64,000 nt of DNA from an uncultured Verrucomicrobiae bacterium (lineage in GTDB: Bacteria > Verrucomicrobiota > Verrucomicrobiia > Limisphaerales > JAFGQR01), in assembly GCA_963788655.1 (NCBI GenBank), contig CAWBHS010000062.1, positions 32,001 through 96,000 of the forward strand, read 5' to 3'. The position numbers and the translations under genes were made by a program. How positions within the stretch are numbered: the stretch's first letter is position 1; each line of letters starts with the position of its first letter. Below, piece by piece: positions 22,575-33,479 of this stretch. The notes under the pieces are model-generated. The model did no database searches. It saw only the letters and a list, made by a program, of their open reading frames with translations, and was not told the DNA's origin.

Positions 22575-24344
22575 ATGAACCGTTTCAAGTTTTTTGCAGT
22601 TCCGGGAATCGTTCCCGCTGGTTTTGTTGTTTCCGTGATGCTGGTGGCCAGTGCCGGCTTCAATCCCGTTCACGCCGCCGAGCAACCGGCCTCGGTGCCG
22701 AAGTGGGGCAGGTTTGAAACCACGCTGGAGAGCTCGACCAACTACCCCAATCCCACCCAGGATGCCAAAGTCGGCGTATTGTTCGAAGCGCCTTCGGGCA
22801 AGTCGTATCGGGCATACGGTTTCTGGGATGGCGGACACACGTGGCGGCTGCGGTTTTCGCCCGATGAAACCGGCAAGTGGTCGTATCGCACTGCCTGCAG
22901 CGACACGAGTAACGCGGGCCTGCAAAACCAAAGCGGAACCTTCCAATGCACCGCCGCGGAGAAGAAGACCCGATTTACGGAACACGGGCCGCTCAAAGTC
23001 TCGCCCGATGGCCGCTACTTGATGCACGAGGACGGCACGCCGTTTTTCTGGCTGGCTGACACAGCTTGGAACGGCCCCTTGTTATCTTCGGACGAGGATT
23101 GGAATTATTACCTCAAGGAACGCACGCGGCAGAAATTCGATGCGGTGCAATTTGTCACCACCCAGTGGCGGGCCGCGCCGGACGGTGATCGCCAGAAACA
23201 TCTGGCGTACACGGGCACGGACAAGCTCGTGATCAACCCGGAGTTCTTCCAGCGGCTTGACAAGAAAATCGACGCTTTGAACGAAGCCGGACTGCTGGCG
23301 GTGCCGGTGATGTTGTGGGACATCGCCGGTGGCTCGAATCCAAAAATCAATCCGGGCGTTTCGCTGCCGGATGATCAGGCGGTGCTGCTGGCGCGCTACA
23401 TGGTCGGGCGTTGGGGCGCGAACGCCGTGGTGTGGATTCTGGCCGGCGATGGCAATTACCGTGGGGAAAAAGCGGCGCGTTGGAAACGCATCGGCCGGGC
23501 GGTATTTGAAGGCCTGCCCCACGCGCCGGTGACCATGCACCCCGGCGGCATGCAATGGGTTTGGAAGGAGTTTAAAGATGAGGACTGGTACGACATTGTT
23601 GGCTACCAAAGCGGCCATGGCGACGACGACAATACCTTGAAGTGGCTGATCGAAGGCCCGATGACGGAGGATTACGCCCGACTGCCGCATCGGCCATTCA
23701 TCAACCTCGAACCGCCATACGAAGGCCATCTGGGGTATCAATCCAAGAAACCCCTCAGCGCGGAGCACGTTCGCCGGGCTTTGTATTGGTCGCTGTTGAA
23801 TGCGCCGACGGCAGGCGTCTCTTATGGCGCGCACGGAGTCTGGGGCTGGGACGATGGCACCAAGCCGCCCACGGACCATCCGAATACCGGCACGCCCAAA
23901 CCATGGAAGGAGGCGCTCAAGATGCCGGCGGCCGAGCAGATGCCGCACCTGTATGATTTCTTTGCGTCGGTGGATTGGTGGCGTTTGTCGCCGGCCTCAA
24001 TGTTCATTGTGAACCAACCGGGTAAACAAGATCCGCGCAAGTTCATTGCTGCTGGTCGCACCTATCCCAATGATCTGATGGTTATTTACGTCCCGGAAGA
24101 TCGCACGGTGGAAGTCAAACTGGACGCCATGCCCCCATCGCCACAAGTAACTTGGTTCAATCCGCGCACCGGCGAGAAAAGTCCCGCAGTGGGGGTGGTG
24201 ACCACCAGCACGTGCCAATTCCCATCTCCCGCGGAAGGCGATTGGATCCTTTACATGTACACGCAGACGGAAAAGGAGAAAGCCAAAGCAAAAGCCGCGG
24301 ACAAGCCCGCCGAGAAACCGGCCGAAAAGCCTGAGGCGAAGTGA
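22575..24344 (+). CDS. Secreted DUF5060/DUF4038 (apiosidase/GH140-like) glycoside hydrolase
   Basis: Signal peptide; GFWDGGHTWRLRFSP, DGTPFFWLADTAW, QSGH, EPPYE, YGAHGVW, WFNPRTG. Confidence 0.82.
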   Translation: MNRFKFFAVPGIVPAGFVVSVMLVASAGFNPVHAAEQPASVPKWGRFETTLESSTNYPNPTQDAKVGVLFEAPSGKSYRAYGFWDGGHTWRLRFSPDETGKWSYRTACSDTSNAGLQNQSGTFQCTAAEKKTRFTEHGPLKVSPDGRYLMHEDGTPFFWLADTAWNGPLLSSDEDWNYYLKERTRQKFDAVQFVTTQWRAAPDGDRQKHLAYTGTDKLVINPEFFQRLDKKIDALNEAGLLAVPVMLWDIAGGSNPKINPGVSLPDDQAVLLARYMVGRWGANAVVWILAGDGNYRGEKAARWKRIGRAVFEGLPHAPVTMHPGGMQWVWKEFKDEDWYDIVGYQSGHGDDDNTLKWLIEGPMTEDYARLPHRPFINLEPPYEGHLGYQSKKPLSAEHVRRALYWSLLNAPTAGVSYGAHGVWGWDDGTKPPTDHPNTGTPKPWKEALKMPAAEQMPHLYDFFASVDWWRLSPASMFIVNQPGKQDPRKFIAAGRTYPNDLMVIYVPEDRTVEVKLDAMPPSPQVTWFNPRTGEKSPAVGVVTTSTCQFPSPAEGDWILYMYTQTEKEKAKAKAADKPAEKPAEKPEAK

Positions 24345-24414
24345 AATGGCCAAGGCCCAATGACCAAGGCCCAATGACCAAGGCCCAATGACCAAGGCCC
24401 AATGACCAAGGCCC
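24345..24414 (+). repeat. 14-bp tandem repeat x5 (AATGACCAAGGCCC)
   Basis: Five consecutive units immediately after the stop codon; first unit has one mismatch. Confidence 0.95.
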
Positions 24415-24953
24415 AGAGAATGCCCAACTTCCAATGCCCATAGCAGTGGCTGGCCGCCTGCGATCTGGCTGGGTCTTGGTGCTTGGTCCTTCTTTGGGAT
24501 TTATTATGGGCATTGGTCATTTTGTCGGCATCTGTTCATTCGCACGATTCGCCTGCATCCGTTTCTGCCGGCGGGACGCCGGCAGCACGTCAGGCAGCGT
24601 GCTGCCGGCATCCTGCCGGCAGTTTGGAACGGCCCGTTCCCAAAATACCAAACGCCCAACTACCTGCGGCACCTGGCAACTTCGCGCCAGCGTTTGGAGT
24701 GCGTGGAGCTTGCTCCCGCTTTCGTTGAACCAACGCGTCACACGAGGGAAAGCAACGCCAGAAAAGTCTCGAGATACTCTCTCCCGTCGAAAGCGCCGGC
24801 AAGCCGGACGCACTCCAAACGCTGGCGCGACGAATCCAAGCCTTTCCGAAACAGCTTCAATCACCACGTTCCATTGAACCGACCGGCGTACCTCTTCAAA
24901 TTGAGCCTTGGTTCATGGTCCTTCTCTGGAGCTTGGGCTTTGGTCATTGGCCC
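24345..24953. repeat. Composite cluster: family C arrays enclosing a REP-A pair and a REP-B pair
   Basis: REP-A inverted pair 24565-24622; REP-B pair 24683-24722 and 24790-24829; inverted family-C arms at 24455-24520 and 24907-24953. Confidence 0.8.
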
Positions 24954-24959
24954 TTACCG

Positions 24960-25994
24960 TCAGTAGCTCATCCGGTCCAATTTCACTTTGCCGCGGAAGA
25001 TCCAATAAATGCTGATGGTGTAGGCGATCACGATCGGCACGCCGATGATGGCGATGACCAGCATGATGCCGAGCGTTTTGTGGGAGGAAGCGGCATTGAT
25101 GATGTTCAGGCTGCGGGCGGGATCGGGATTGCTGAAAATGAGGTTCGGGTACATTTCCAATCCAAACAACCCCATCAAGGCTGCCATGGCCAAACAGGAA
25201 GACCAAAACGCCCGCACCTCGCGCCGGCGATAGATTTCCCGGGGGATGTTGGCGATGGCCAGCATGTTGACGATGGCCACGCTGAACAGCCACGGCTGCG
25301 CCCGGATGCGCGCCGCCATGTGCGGCACATAAAGCAAGCGTGGCCATGGTGGTGGTGGCGTAGCAGATGATGAAAAAGATGATGCAGTTGTTGACCCAAC
25401 CGCGGACCCTTTGCTGCAGTTCGCCTTCGGTTTTCATGACGGCGTAAATGGAACCGTGCATCATGAACAATGCCAGCGTGGTCACGCCCAGCAACAGCGG
25501 ATAGGGACCAAGCAACCCGAGAAACGTGCCGGCGAACTCGGCCCCGTTCATCCAGCGGGATACCCCAGGCGATGTTGCCCATCGCGACGCCAATCAACAC
25601 ACTGGACAGCACACTGCTGCCGCAAAACGCCACGTCCCACGCCTGGCGCCACCGGCGCGATGGGTTGCTTGCTGCGAAACTCGATGGCCACCGCCCGGAA
25701 TATCAAGGCCACCAGCAGCAGGACAAAGGCGAGATAAAATCCGGAGAACACCGTCGCATAAACATCCGGGAACGCCGCGAACAGCGCGCCGCCGCCGGTG
25801 ACGAGCCAGACTTCGTTGCCATCCCACACCGGGCCGATGGCGTTGAACATGATCCGTCGTTCCTCGTCCGTCCGGGTAAACAGGTGCAGTGCGCCGACGC
25901 CGAGGTCGAAACCATCCAACATGGCGTAGCCGGCGAGGAGCACGCCGATGAGGATGAACCAGACGGTATTGAGATCGAGGGAGCCGAAATTCAT
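24960..25994 (-). CDS. cydB: Cytochrome bd ubiquinol oxidase subunit II (several frameshifts)
   Basis: [43 protein letters not shown] across four ORF pieces. Confidence 0.93.
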
Positions 25995-27364
25995 GGTTGG
26001 TGGGGAGTGGGCAAGGCCAGTTTGCCGGCCGGTTTAAGGTCTTCCGCATCCGGACCGTGCTGGATTTTGTCGTTCAGCAGGTAAAGGAAGAGCACGAAGA
26101 GCAGAACATAAATGGCGGTAAACAGAATCAGCGACGTCAAGACCACTTCCGCGCTGACGACTCCCGGCTCCGATAGCCCCTGCGAGGTGCGCATCAGGTG
26201 GTACACAATCCACGGCTGGCGACCAACCTCAGCAGCAAACCAGCCGGCCTGGTTGGCTATTTGCGGGCCGAGCACGGAGAACACCAGCAGGATCAGCATC
26301 CAGCGTTTCTCAAAGAGCGAGCCGCGCCAAAAATACAGGAAGCCCAAGGCGGCGATGAGCACCATGGCGAAGCCGACCCCGACCATCAGATGAAAGAATT
26401 GGAAGTTCACATTCACCGGAGGACGGTCCTCCGGTTTGAACGCGCGCAGTCCGGTAACTGGTTCGCTGGCGTTCCCGTGGGCCAGCCAACTCAACATGCC
26501 GGGAACGGCCACACCGTGAACGGTTTCGTTCTTTTCATCCACCCAGCCGAACAAGTGCAACGGCGCGTGCGCCGTGGTGTCGTAGAGCCCCTCAAACGCC
26601 GCCAGTTTCTCCGGCTGGTTCTTAGTGACGCCCACCGCGCTTTGGTGGCCGGAAAAAATTTGCAGCGCGGCCACCACCAAGGCGACGGTCAGCCCCACGC
26701 GCAGTGAGGCACGCGCAAAGTCGTGATGCCGTTGCTTCAGCAAATACCAGGCGCTGACGCTCACCACGAGAAACGCCCCCGCCTGCCAGGCGCCGCCCAG
26801 CACATGGAACAGCCGCTCCATCGAGGATGGATTGAAGACCATCTCCCAAAAACTCGTAATCTCGGCGCGCCGCTTTAGACCTTCCCCCACGAGGTGATAC
26901 CCCGCCGGCGTTTGCATCCAGGAATTGGCCACCACGATCCAGATGGCGCTGAAGTGCGCGCCTAAACAGACCATGCACGTCGAGAAGAAGTGCAGTTTGC
27001 GGCCCACCCGGTCCCAACCAAACAGGAGCACCGCCAAAAAACCCGATTCGAGAAAAAATGCAAAAATACCTTCCGCCGCCAGGGCGCTGCCGAAGACGTC
27101 GCCCACGTACCGCGAATAAGCGGCCCAATTGGTGCCGAATTCGAACTCCATCACAATGCCCGTGGCCACGCCGATGGCGAAAGTCAGCGCAAAGACCCGG
27201 GTCCAGAAGCGCGCCATTTGGTGGTAAATGGGATTGTTGGTTTTGAGCCAGAGTCCCTCCATGATGACCAGCATCACGCCCAATCCGATGCTGAGCGGTG
27301 GATACAAATAGTGGAAGCCGATCGTCAGGGCAAATTGAACGCGCGATAGTATCAGGACATCCAT
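25991..27364 (-). CDS. cydA: Cytochrome bd ubiquinol oxidase subunit I
   Basis: [46 protein letters not shown]. Confidence 0.96.
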   Translation of the reverse strand: MDVLILSRVQFALTIGFHYLYPPLSIGLGVMLVIMEGLWLKTNNPIYHQMARFWTRVFALTFAIGVATGIVMEFEFGTNWAAYSRYVGDVFGSALAAEGIFAFFLESGFLAVLLFGWDRVGRKLHFFSTCMVCLGAHFSAIWIVVANSWMQTPAGYHLVGEGLKRRAEITSFWEMVFNPSSMERLFHVLGGAWQAGAFLVVSVSAWYLLKQRHHDFARASLRVGLTVALVVAALQIFSGHQSAVGVTKNQPEKLAAFEGLYDTTAHAPLHLFGWVDEKNETVHGVAVPGMLSWLAHGNASEPVTGLRAFKPEDRPPVNVNFQFFHLMVGVGFAMVLIAALGFLYFWRGSLFEKRWMLILLVFSVLGPQIANQAGWFAAEVGRQPWIVYHLMRTSQGLSEPGVVSAEVVLTSLILFTAIYVLLFVLFLYLLNDKIQHGPDAEDLKPAGKLALPTPHQP

Positions 27365-27699
27365 ATCGGGCGGGTTCATAACATCGCCCAAAGATCTGGT
27401 CAAGCAGCAGGCCGGCGAATCCGTGGCACCGGCGCCAAACGCGGTGTCTCAAAACGGGGCACCGTGTCGATATTTTGGAGCGTTGGCCGGTTACGGATAG
27501 AATCGGCTTGAGCAGATCAGAATTTCCCGGGGCAGCTAACCTACTTGTTGGCGGGTAGTGGTCCGCCGGAAAACGCGAGGGAAATCGCCCCGTTTTGTGG
27601 AGCTTTCCGGTTCCGGTGACCTGCGGGCGTTCGGTCAGCGCCTGGGCCCGCCCGTCTGCATCAAATTGCGACACCGTTCTCAGAAGCTGCCCAAACTTT

Positions 27700-27714
27700 T
27701 GGCAGCACTCCTGC
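27700..27714 (+). promoter_or_regulatory. Possible sigma-54 promoter of the minor-pilin cluster
   Basis: TGGCAGCACTCCTGC (GG-N10-GC) about 55 bp before the ATG at 27769. Confidence 0.45.
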
Positions 27715-27768
27715 TAAAGTCTGCCCGGATTGTTCCGTTAGAACAAGCAGAGACGCGATGATCGCGAT

Positions 27769-28251
27769 ATGAAACCAAATGGAATCAGCAGCCGATGCCG
27801 GCGAGCCGGGCACGGGGCGTTCACCCTGATCGAGGTCCTCATCGCCATGGCGGTGGTCGGAGTGGTGTTTGTCGCCCTGTATTCGGGAATGACGTACGGC
27901 TTCTCGGTGATTCAATACACGCGGGAAAACTTGCGGGCCACGCAAATTCTACTTGAAAAGGCCGAAACCATCCGCCTTTACACTTGGAGCCAACTCAACG
28001 ACGGCCATTTCATTCCGAAGAAGTTTACCGAAAGCTACTATCCACCCGGCTTGGATGGGGGCAGCAGCGGCATCGTTTACGAGGGGGAATTCAAGGTTAA
28101 AAACATGGATCTTCACACCAATTACGATGACGAAATGAAGCAGGTCGTCATCACCCTGGGCTGGAGGCCGGACAAGAAAGGCAAGCCCACCCGCACCCGC
28201 ACGTTAACCACTTACGTTGCCGAAAATGGACTGCACAAATACATCTTCTAA
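27769..28251 (+). CDS. Prepilin-type N-terminal methylation protein (PilV-like minor pilin/pseudopilin)
   Basis: GA|FTLIEVLIAMAVV class III signal. Confidence 0.88.
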   Translation: MKPNGISSRCRRAGHGAFTLIEVLIAMAVVGVVFVALYSGMTYGFSVIQYTRENLRATQILLEKAETIRLYTWSQLNDGHFIPKKFTESYYPPGLDGGSSGIVYEGEFKVKNMDLHTNYDDEMKQVVITLGWRPDKKGKPTRTRTLTTYVAENGLHKYIF

Positions 28252-28783
28252 ATCACCGCCGGGCCGGCGCTCGACCGGTTTTACGCTGGTCGAGTTCATG
28301 TTTGCAATGGCGGTGGGCGGCCTGGTCTTAACCGCGGTCATCTCGTTTGTCATCTACACCGGCCGCGGTTTCGCCGGCACGATGAACTACATCGATCTCG
28401 AGTCGCAGAGTTCGCTGGCGATGGACCGGCTCGTGAAAGAGATTCGCCAAACGGGCGAACTGGTGGATTTCACTTCCAACAAACTGGTGTTTGTGGATTA
28501 CGATTCGAATCTGCTGACTTATGCGTATTCGCCGGCGGACGAAACTCTGGTCCGCTCCAAGAATGGCGAAACCAATGTCCTGCTCACCGGGTGTGATACG
28601 CTGACCTTTGCCATCTACCAGCGCAACACCATCATCAATTCCTACAACCAATATCCGACCAGCCTGCAAGCCAGCAACACCAAGGTGGTGCAGATCAACT
28701 GGCTCTGCTCCCGCAAGGTAACCGGGACGAAACTCAATACCGAAAGTGTGCAAACCGCCAAAGTGGTGATCCGCAACCAATAG
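28226..28783 (+). CDS. Prepilin-type protein (PilW-like)
   Basis: TG|FTLVEFMFAMAVGG. Confidence 0.88.
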   Translation: MDCTNTSSKSPPGRRSTGFTLVEFMFAMAVGGLVLTAVISFVIYTGRGFAGTMNYIDLESQSSLAMDRLVKEIRQTGELVDFTSNKLVFVDYDSNLLTYAYSPADETLVRSKNGETNVLLTGCDTLTFAIYQRNTIINSYNQYPTSLQASNTKVVQINWLCSRKVTGTKLNTESVQTAKVVIRNQ

Positions 28784-28788
28784 ACAGT

Positions 28789-30244
28789 ATGAAGACATTC
28801 CTTTGCCCGCGCTCCGCCGTTCGCGGTAGTGTTTTGTTGACCACCATGGTCATTATCGGGGTGACCGGCCTGGTGCTCTTGACGTATCTCACGTTGGTCC
28901 GGCACCAGAATGTTGTTGTGGCCCGGTCCCAATCCTGGAATACGTGCATCGCGATTGCCGAAGCCGGAGTCGAGGACGCCCTGGCGCACCTGAACAAGAA
29001 CGGCGTCAACAAGACCGGTTCGTTTTTCGAAGTTACGGACCTGGCGTCCCAAGGCTGGATCAGCACCAACGGCCAGTATTATGTGCGTCGGGCCATCGAC
29101 GACTGTTATTACGAGGTGTACATCAAAGAAGGCGCGCGACCCGTGATTACCGCGACCGGCTATGTTCCGGCCCCCGCAAATTTCGCGGCCAAGACTCGCC
29201 CCTTCCTGGCGGCGCATACTCCGCTGCCGTGGGATTCCGGGCAGACCTTCTTGTCCCGCACCGTGCAGGCGAAGTGCCGGGCGGTCGGCCGTTTCACCAA
29301 AGCCATTGTGGCCCGCGACAAAGTCGAGCTGAACGGCAAGTACATCATCGTGGACAGCTATCATGCCTACGATCCCGCCGCCAGCACTTACGATCTGAAC
29401 AATCCCAACGATCCCGGCCAGTACGACGTCAGCAAACGCCAGGACAACGGGGACGTGGCGGTGATGGAGGGAATGTCCGACGAACTCAAGATCAGCGACG
29501 CCGAAGTGTGGGGCAAAGTGGCGACCGGTCCGGACGGCAACCTCAAGACGAACAAGTCTGTGGTGGTGGGCAGCATCGCCTGGCACGACTCCGGCCAAAA
29601 AGGCGTGGAGCCAGGCTGGGCCACGGAGGACGCCAGCTTTGACATGCCGAGTGTGACGGTTCCCTTTGCCCATGGCTTCGCGCCGTCCAGCGGAACAGTG
29701 GGTACCAACACCTATGATTACATTCTGGGGAATGACGATTACGAGGTGAGTCAGTTGGGCGGTAACAATCGCGGCAAGGTGTTGGTTACCGGCACTGCCC
29801 GCATCCTCGTCACCAGCAAAATTGACTTCAGCGACGATCCCAAAGATGAGGAAGGCATTGAGTTCGAACCCGGAGCCCGATTGGAGATTTATATGAAAGG
29901 CAAAGACGCCAAGCTGGTGGGCAAGAAGCAAAAAAAGAATCAGATCTCCGAACGCATGGGCTTCAACAAGGACGGCAACACCACCAACTTCTTTTACTTC
30001 GGCTCGGACAAGAACGAAAAACTGGAGCTCAAAAACATGGATGAATTTGTTGGGTTAATTTATGCACCCAATGCGGAAATCACCTTGAAAGCGGGTAACC
30101 TCAAGTACCTACAAGTGCCAGCTCTACGGCGCCATTCTGGGTAAGAAGGTCAAATTGGAAAAGAACGCCAACCTGCACTACGACGAGAACATCGGCGCCC
30201 TGGCGGCCGATAGCTACGTCGTCGAGTCGTGGCGTGAATTGTAA
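28789..30244 (+). CDS. PilX-like minor pilin with large beta-rich C-terminal domain (frameshift near 30110)
   Basis: RG|SVLLTTMVI (no Glu5), AEAGVEDAL, GLIYAPNA; shifted frame ends LHYDE...YVVESWREL. Confidence 0.8.
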
Positions 30245-30322
30245 GCTAGTCCGGCAGCAGCCCTGTTTGGTGGGGGGCGGCTGGAAAGCCGCCATTTGAT
30301 TAATGTCGCGCCAACCCGCCGG

Positions 30323-32812
30323 TTACTGCGTTCCCAAGCGCATCAATGCTTCGAGTATTTCTCCGCGAACTTGATCGGCGACCGAACGGTTTTTAGGTGC
30401 CTTCCAATAAATGAGGGTTGCTGAAGTCATACCGCCAGTGACGCGGTCCGCCGCCGAGTTGAGCAAGGTACGAGCTGCCTTGAGCGCCCCGTTCTGGACG
30501 CCCTGTCGCTCCAATGCCTCCACGCGTTTACGCAGCAGGCAAAGGTATTCAAAGTCCTCGACTCCCTCGCGAATGGCTTCGAAGTGTTTTCCGGACGTCA
30601 CGGAGTTTCGGTCCAGGAACAACGGCGTGTAAGCACCAACCTGGCTGGCGTATTCGTTCCAGGAGGAAGCGCCATTGGAATCGCCGAACGCCCAATACCC
30701 CGCCCCCTCGGCGCCATACTTCCAGCAAAACCATGGCTGCATGCGGTGATAGCTGTAGGGGTCCAATAGTCGGCCCGGCCCGCTGCATGAATAGAACCAC
30801 AGCCGGCGTCCCGCCTGCCGCTGTTGGACGTAGAAATCCGCAAAGGATTGGCCGCGGCTGATCCACATCGGCAGGTTGGGACAAAGCACGTCGCTTAGTT
30901 CGAACAACTCCGGCGTCGCCTGAGTGGGATCTGGCCAGGTGGGATCTTCCCAAATCACCACATCCGGCTGGGCGGCGCGGATGACCTTCGCGTATTCCAC
31001 AATGATCCGGTCCTGTTCGCGCGAATGGGGTTCATCCACCAAGAGCAAACCCAGTTCGTGCGGTGGGACGTGCCATTGCTTGAGTTGGCCGGCCCACCAG
31101 TTGATCCAGTCGGTAACCGCCCGGCGGAACGCCGGTGTGCCCATTTGGAAACCAGCGAATCGCTCGCCCACACTCACGAAGACGTAGTAGTTGCGGGCGT
31201 GCGGCCAGCGGTCCAGCCAGGTCCGGAATTCCGCGGGGCTGGGTGGTTCGGTCATCCGACCGCCGGCGTCGTATTGGCCACGGGCCAGGACGGCTCCTTG
31301 CGCCCAGGGCGAATCGACAAAGTGCTCCCGCAGGTAACGAATGAAGTCCCCGCGGTTCTGGGGGGTGACTTCGTAAATGCGCTCGCGGTCGGTGTAATCC
31401 CATCCGCCCAGGTGAAGCGTTGGCTGATCGGGAAACCGCAACGGAGCAAGTGACAAGTGGATGGGAATCGTTTGGTTCTCCATGCCGGCCGATTGAATCA
31501 GGATTTGGCCGGAATGTTTTCCGGCGGGCACCGTTTCCGGGTGAAACGTCAGCCAAACCTGTCGCGTCAGGCCGGCGGGAATCCGCAATCCAAACTGTCC
31601 TGCCAGTTGCGGCACGACCGGCAAGGCCGCCGCGACCGGCACGCCGGATTGAGTGTCGGTGAAAGGAACTTCGTGGACGGTGATCCAGCCGGGATTCATT
31701 CCACCGGGCAAGCCCTCCAGAACCAACGTGACTGCGGCTTCAGTCTCACCGGCATTGCTGAGGTTGAACGCGGCGCTGCGATACTCGTTGCCCATCATCG
31801 TCACGTCGATGGCCACCTTGCCTTTGATTGGCGCGGCGGTAGGGCTGAGCATGTCCCAACGATTGTTTTGCCAAACGACAATTCCGGCCAGGCCAAGAGC
31901 CCGCCAGATGCCGGCTTGCACCGCAAAGATTCGCCGGTGCAGGTCATTGATTGGGAAGATGGTGGTGAAGTCTTCAGGGGAGGCAATTTTGGTTGCAGGA
32001 ATCGCCTCGGCAATCGATTTCAACTCGGTCTTGAGCGATTCGGCTACCTTGTGGGCTCGTCCGATAGGATGCAGCGTTTCCGTTACCGCTTCCAGGTCGC
32101 TGGACAACCGGCGGCGCAAGCAAGCGTCGATTCGAGTCTGCACATAGAACGACTGCACGTCGGTAATCGTCGGTCCAGTCAGGGGACGGGTCAGCAACTC
32201 ATCCGATCCGCGGTACACCTCGATTTCGTCCACGAACGCATAGGAACCACTCGGCACCACGACCAGTTTGACGAAGCGTCCGTGGGTGGCTAACTCACGA
32301 GTCTGATACCGATACAAGGCGTAACCGGACGCTGGGGGCGCGGCGGTCTTTAGGCTCAGCGGGACCAGATCTCCCGCCAGATGCCACTGTTGGCTGTCGT
32401 TGCTGACCAGGACAAAAATCGCCGTTGGCCAATTCACTCCAGCGACCCCGGCAGCCGTGTTGAACGACAAACCGCCGATGGGCTCGGCTTTACCCAAGTC
32501 GAGGGTAATGAGGATGGGGGCCTGGCCCGACCAACCGACCGTGCCGGGCTGCGTCCAAAAGTAGCCGCTGACGTATTGGCCGTCGGTCAGTTGCGTGCGG
32601 TCGCCTTGGTCGGTGCAGTAGCGATAGTTGGGGGCAGGCTTCAGTTGATACGGTTTTCCCAGTGCGAGGTTGACGGATGAGGCTTGTGCCAAAGCGATCC
32701 CCAACCAACCACTCATGGCCGCCAGAAGAAGAGACATATTCAGTGCCGGCCGGTAAAGAGGGCCGAATCGAATTTTGAAGGTGTTTGGACACATTGGTTT
32801 CAGGGTCGTCAT
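30323..32812 (-). CDS. Secreted discoidin-domain plus DUF4091/GH123-like glycoside hydrolase
   Basis: Signal peptide; NLALGKPY..LTDG..TLDLG..FVDEIEV; DEP; FEAIREGVEDFEYL. Confidence 0.7.
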   Translation of the reverse strand: MTTLKPMCPNTFKIRFGPLYRPALNMSLLLAAMSGWLGIALAQASSVNLALGKPYQLKPAPNYRYCTDQGDRTQLTDGQYVSGYFWTQPGTVGWSGQAPILITLDLGKAEPIGGLSFNTAAGVAGVNWPTAIFVLVSNDSQQWHLAGDLVPLSLKTAAPPASGYALYRYQTRELATHGRFVKLVVVPSGSYAFVDEIEVYRGSDELLTRPLTGPTITDVQSFYVQTRIDACLRRRLSSDLEAVTETLHPIGRAHKVAESLKTELKSIAEAIPATKIASPEDFTTIFPINDLHRRIFAVQAGIWRALGLAGIVVWQNNRWDMLSPTAAPIKGKVAIDVTMMGNEYRSAAFNLSNAGETEAAVTLVLEGLPGGMNPGWITVHEVPFTDTQSGVPVAAALPVVPQLAGQFGLRIPAGLTRQVWLTFHPETVPAGKHSGQILIQSAGMENQTIPIHLSLAPLRFPDQPTLHLGGWDYTDRERIYEVTPQNRGDFIRYLREHFVDSPWAQGAVLARGQYDAGGRMTEPPSPAEFRTWLDRWPHARNYYVFVSVGERFAGFQMGTPAFRRAVTDWINWWAGQLKQWHVPPHELGLLLVDEPHSREQDRIIVEYAKVIRAAQPDVVIWEDPTWPDPTQATPELFELSDVLCPNLPMWISRGQSFADFYVQQRQAGRRLWFYSCSGPGRLLDPYSYHRMQPWFCWKYGAEGAGYWAFGDSNGASSWNEYASQVGAYTPLFLDRNSVTSGKHFEAIREGVEDFEYLCLLRKRVEALERQGVQNGALKAARTLLNSAADRVTGGMTSATLIYWKAPKNRSVADQVRGEILEALMRLGTQ

Positions 32813-33133
32813 GGCTGGCGATTATCGACGGATTAGCCACCGCTTCAAGCGCCGTACAAGCTGAGCGGAGAGTTGGCCGACGAAGGGTATCGTTCCAATT
32901 TGGGGCCATCAGCGACTGCTTACTGCCGCGCCGTCGCCGCCAAACTTCTGCAAAAGACGCTTGAGTCTCATCCATTAAACCGGTAGATGATGCGTTCTCC
33001 CGGTTCGGAGCAAGGCCGCAGGCGAACGGATGGGCTACCCATCCGGGCTGTTCAAGTGGGAATCAGCCGCTGGCTCCAACGGTTTTGCCGCTCGCCGGGG
33101 AGATTGGGTTAGCCTGATAAAATCAAGAATATC

Positions 33134-33472
33134 ATGAAGAGAATTGAAGCCATCATTCGGCCCCACAAGTTGGAGGCTGTGTTGCAAGCATTGAGCGATG
33201 CCGGCGCCACGGGCGTGACCGTGCTGGAAACCATGGGTTTTGGCCGGCAAATGGGACATTCGGACGTGTTTCAGGGCGATGAACGGCCGGTGGGCGTCGT
33301 GCCCAAAAAGATGCTGATCGTTTATGCCGCCGACGATAAGGCGGACGAGTTGGTGCGCTGCCTGGCCGACACCGCCCGTACGGGCCAGATCGGTGATGGC
33401 AAAATCAGCGTCTCCGAACTGACCGACATGTTCCGGATTCGTACGGGCGAGCAGGGCGAAATCGCACTATGA
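33134..33472 (+). CDS. P-II family signal transduction protein with atypical T-loop
   Basis: 112 aa; AIIRPHKL, GFGRQ, ARTGQIGDGKI, RIRTGE. Confidence 0.93.
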   Translation: MKRIEAIIRPHKLEAVLQALSDAGATGVTVLETMGFGRQMGHSDVFQGDERPVGVVPKKMLIVYAADDKADELVRCLADTARTGQIGDGKISVSELTDMFRIRTGEQGEIAL

Positions 33473-33479
33473 CCTCGCG

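Noticed and set aside
24345..24414. Tandem repeats as a CRISPR array
   Set aside because: 14-bp units with no spacers and no cas genes
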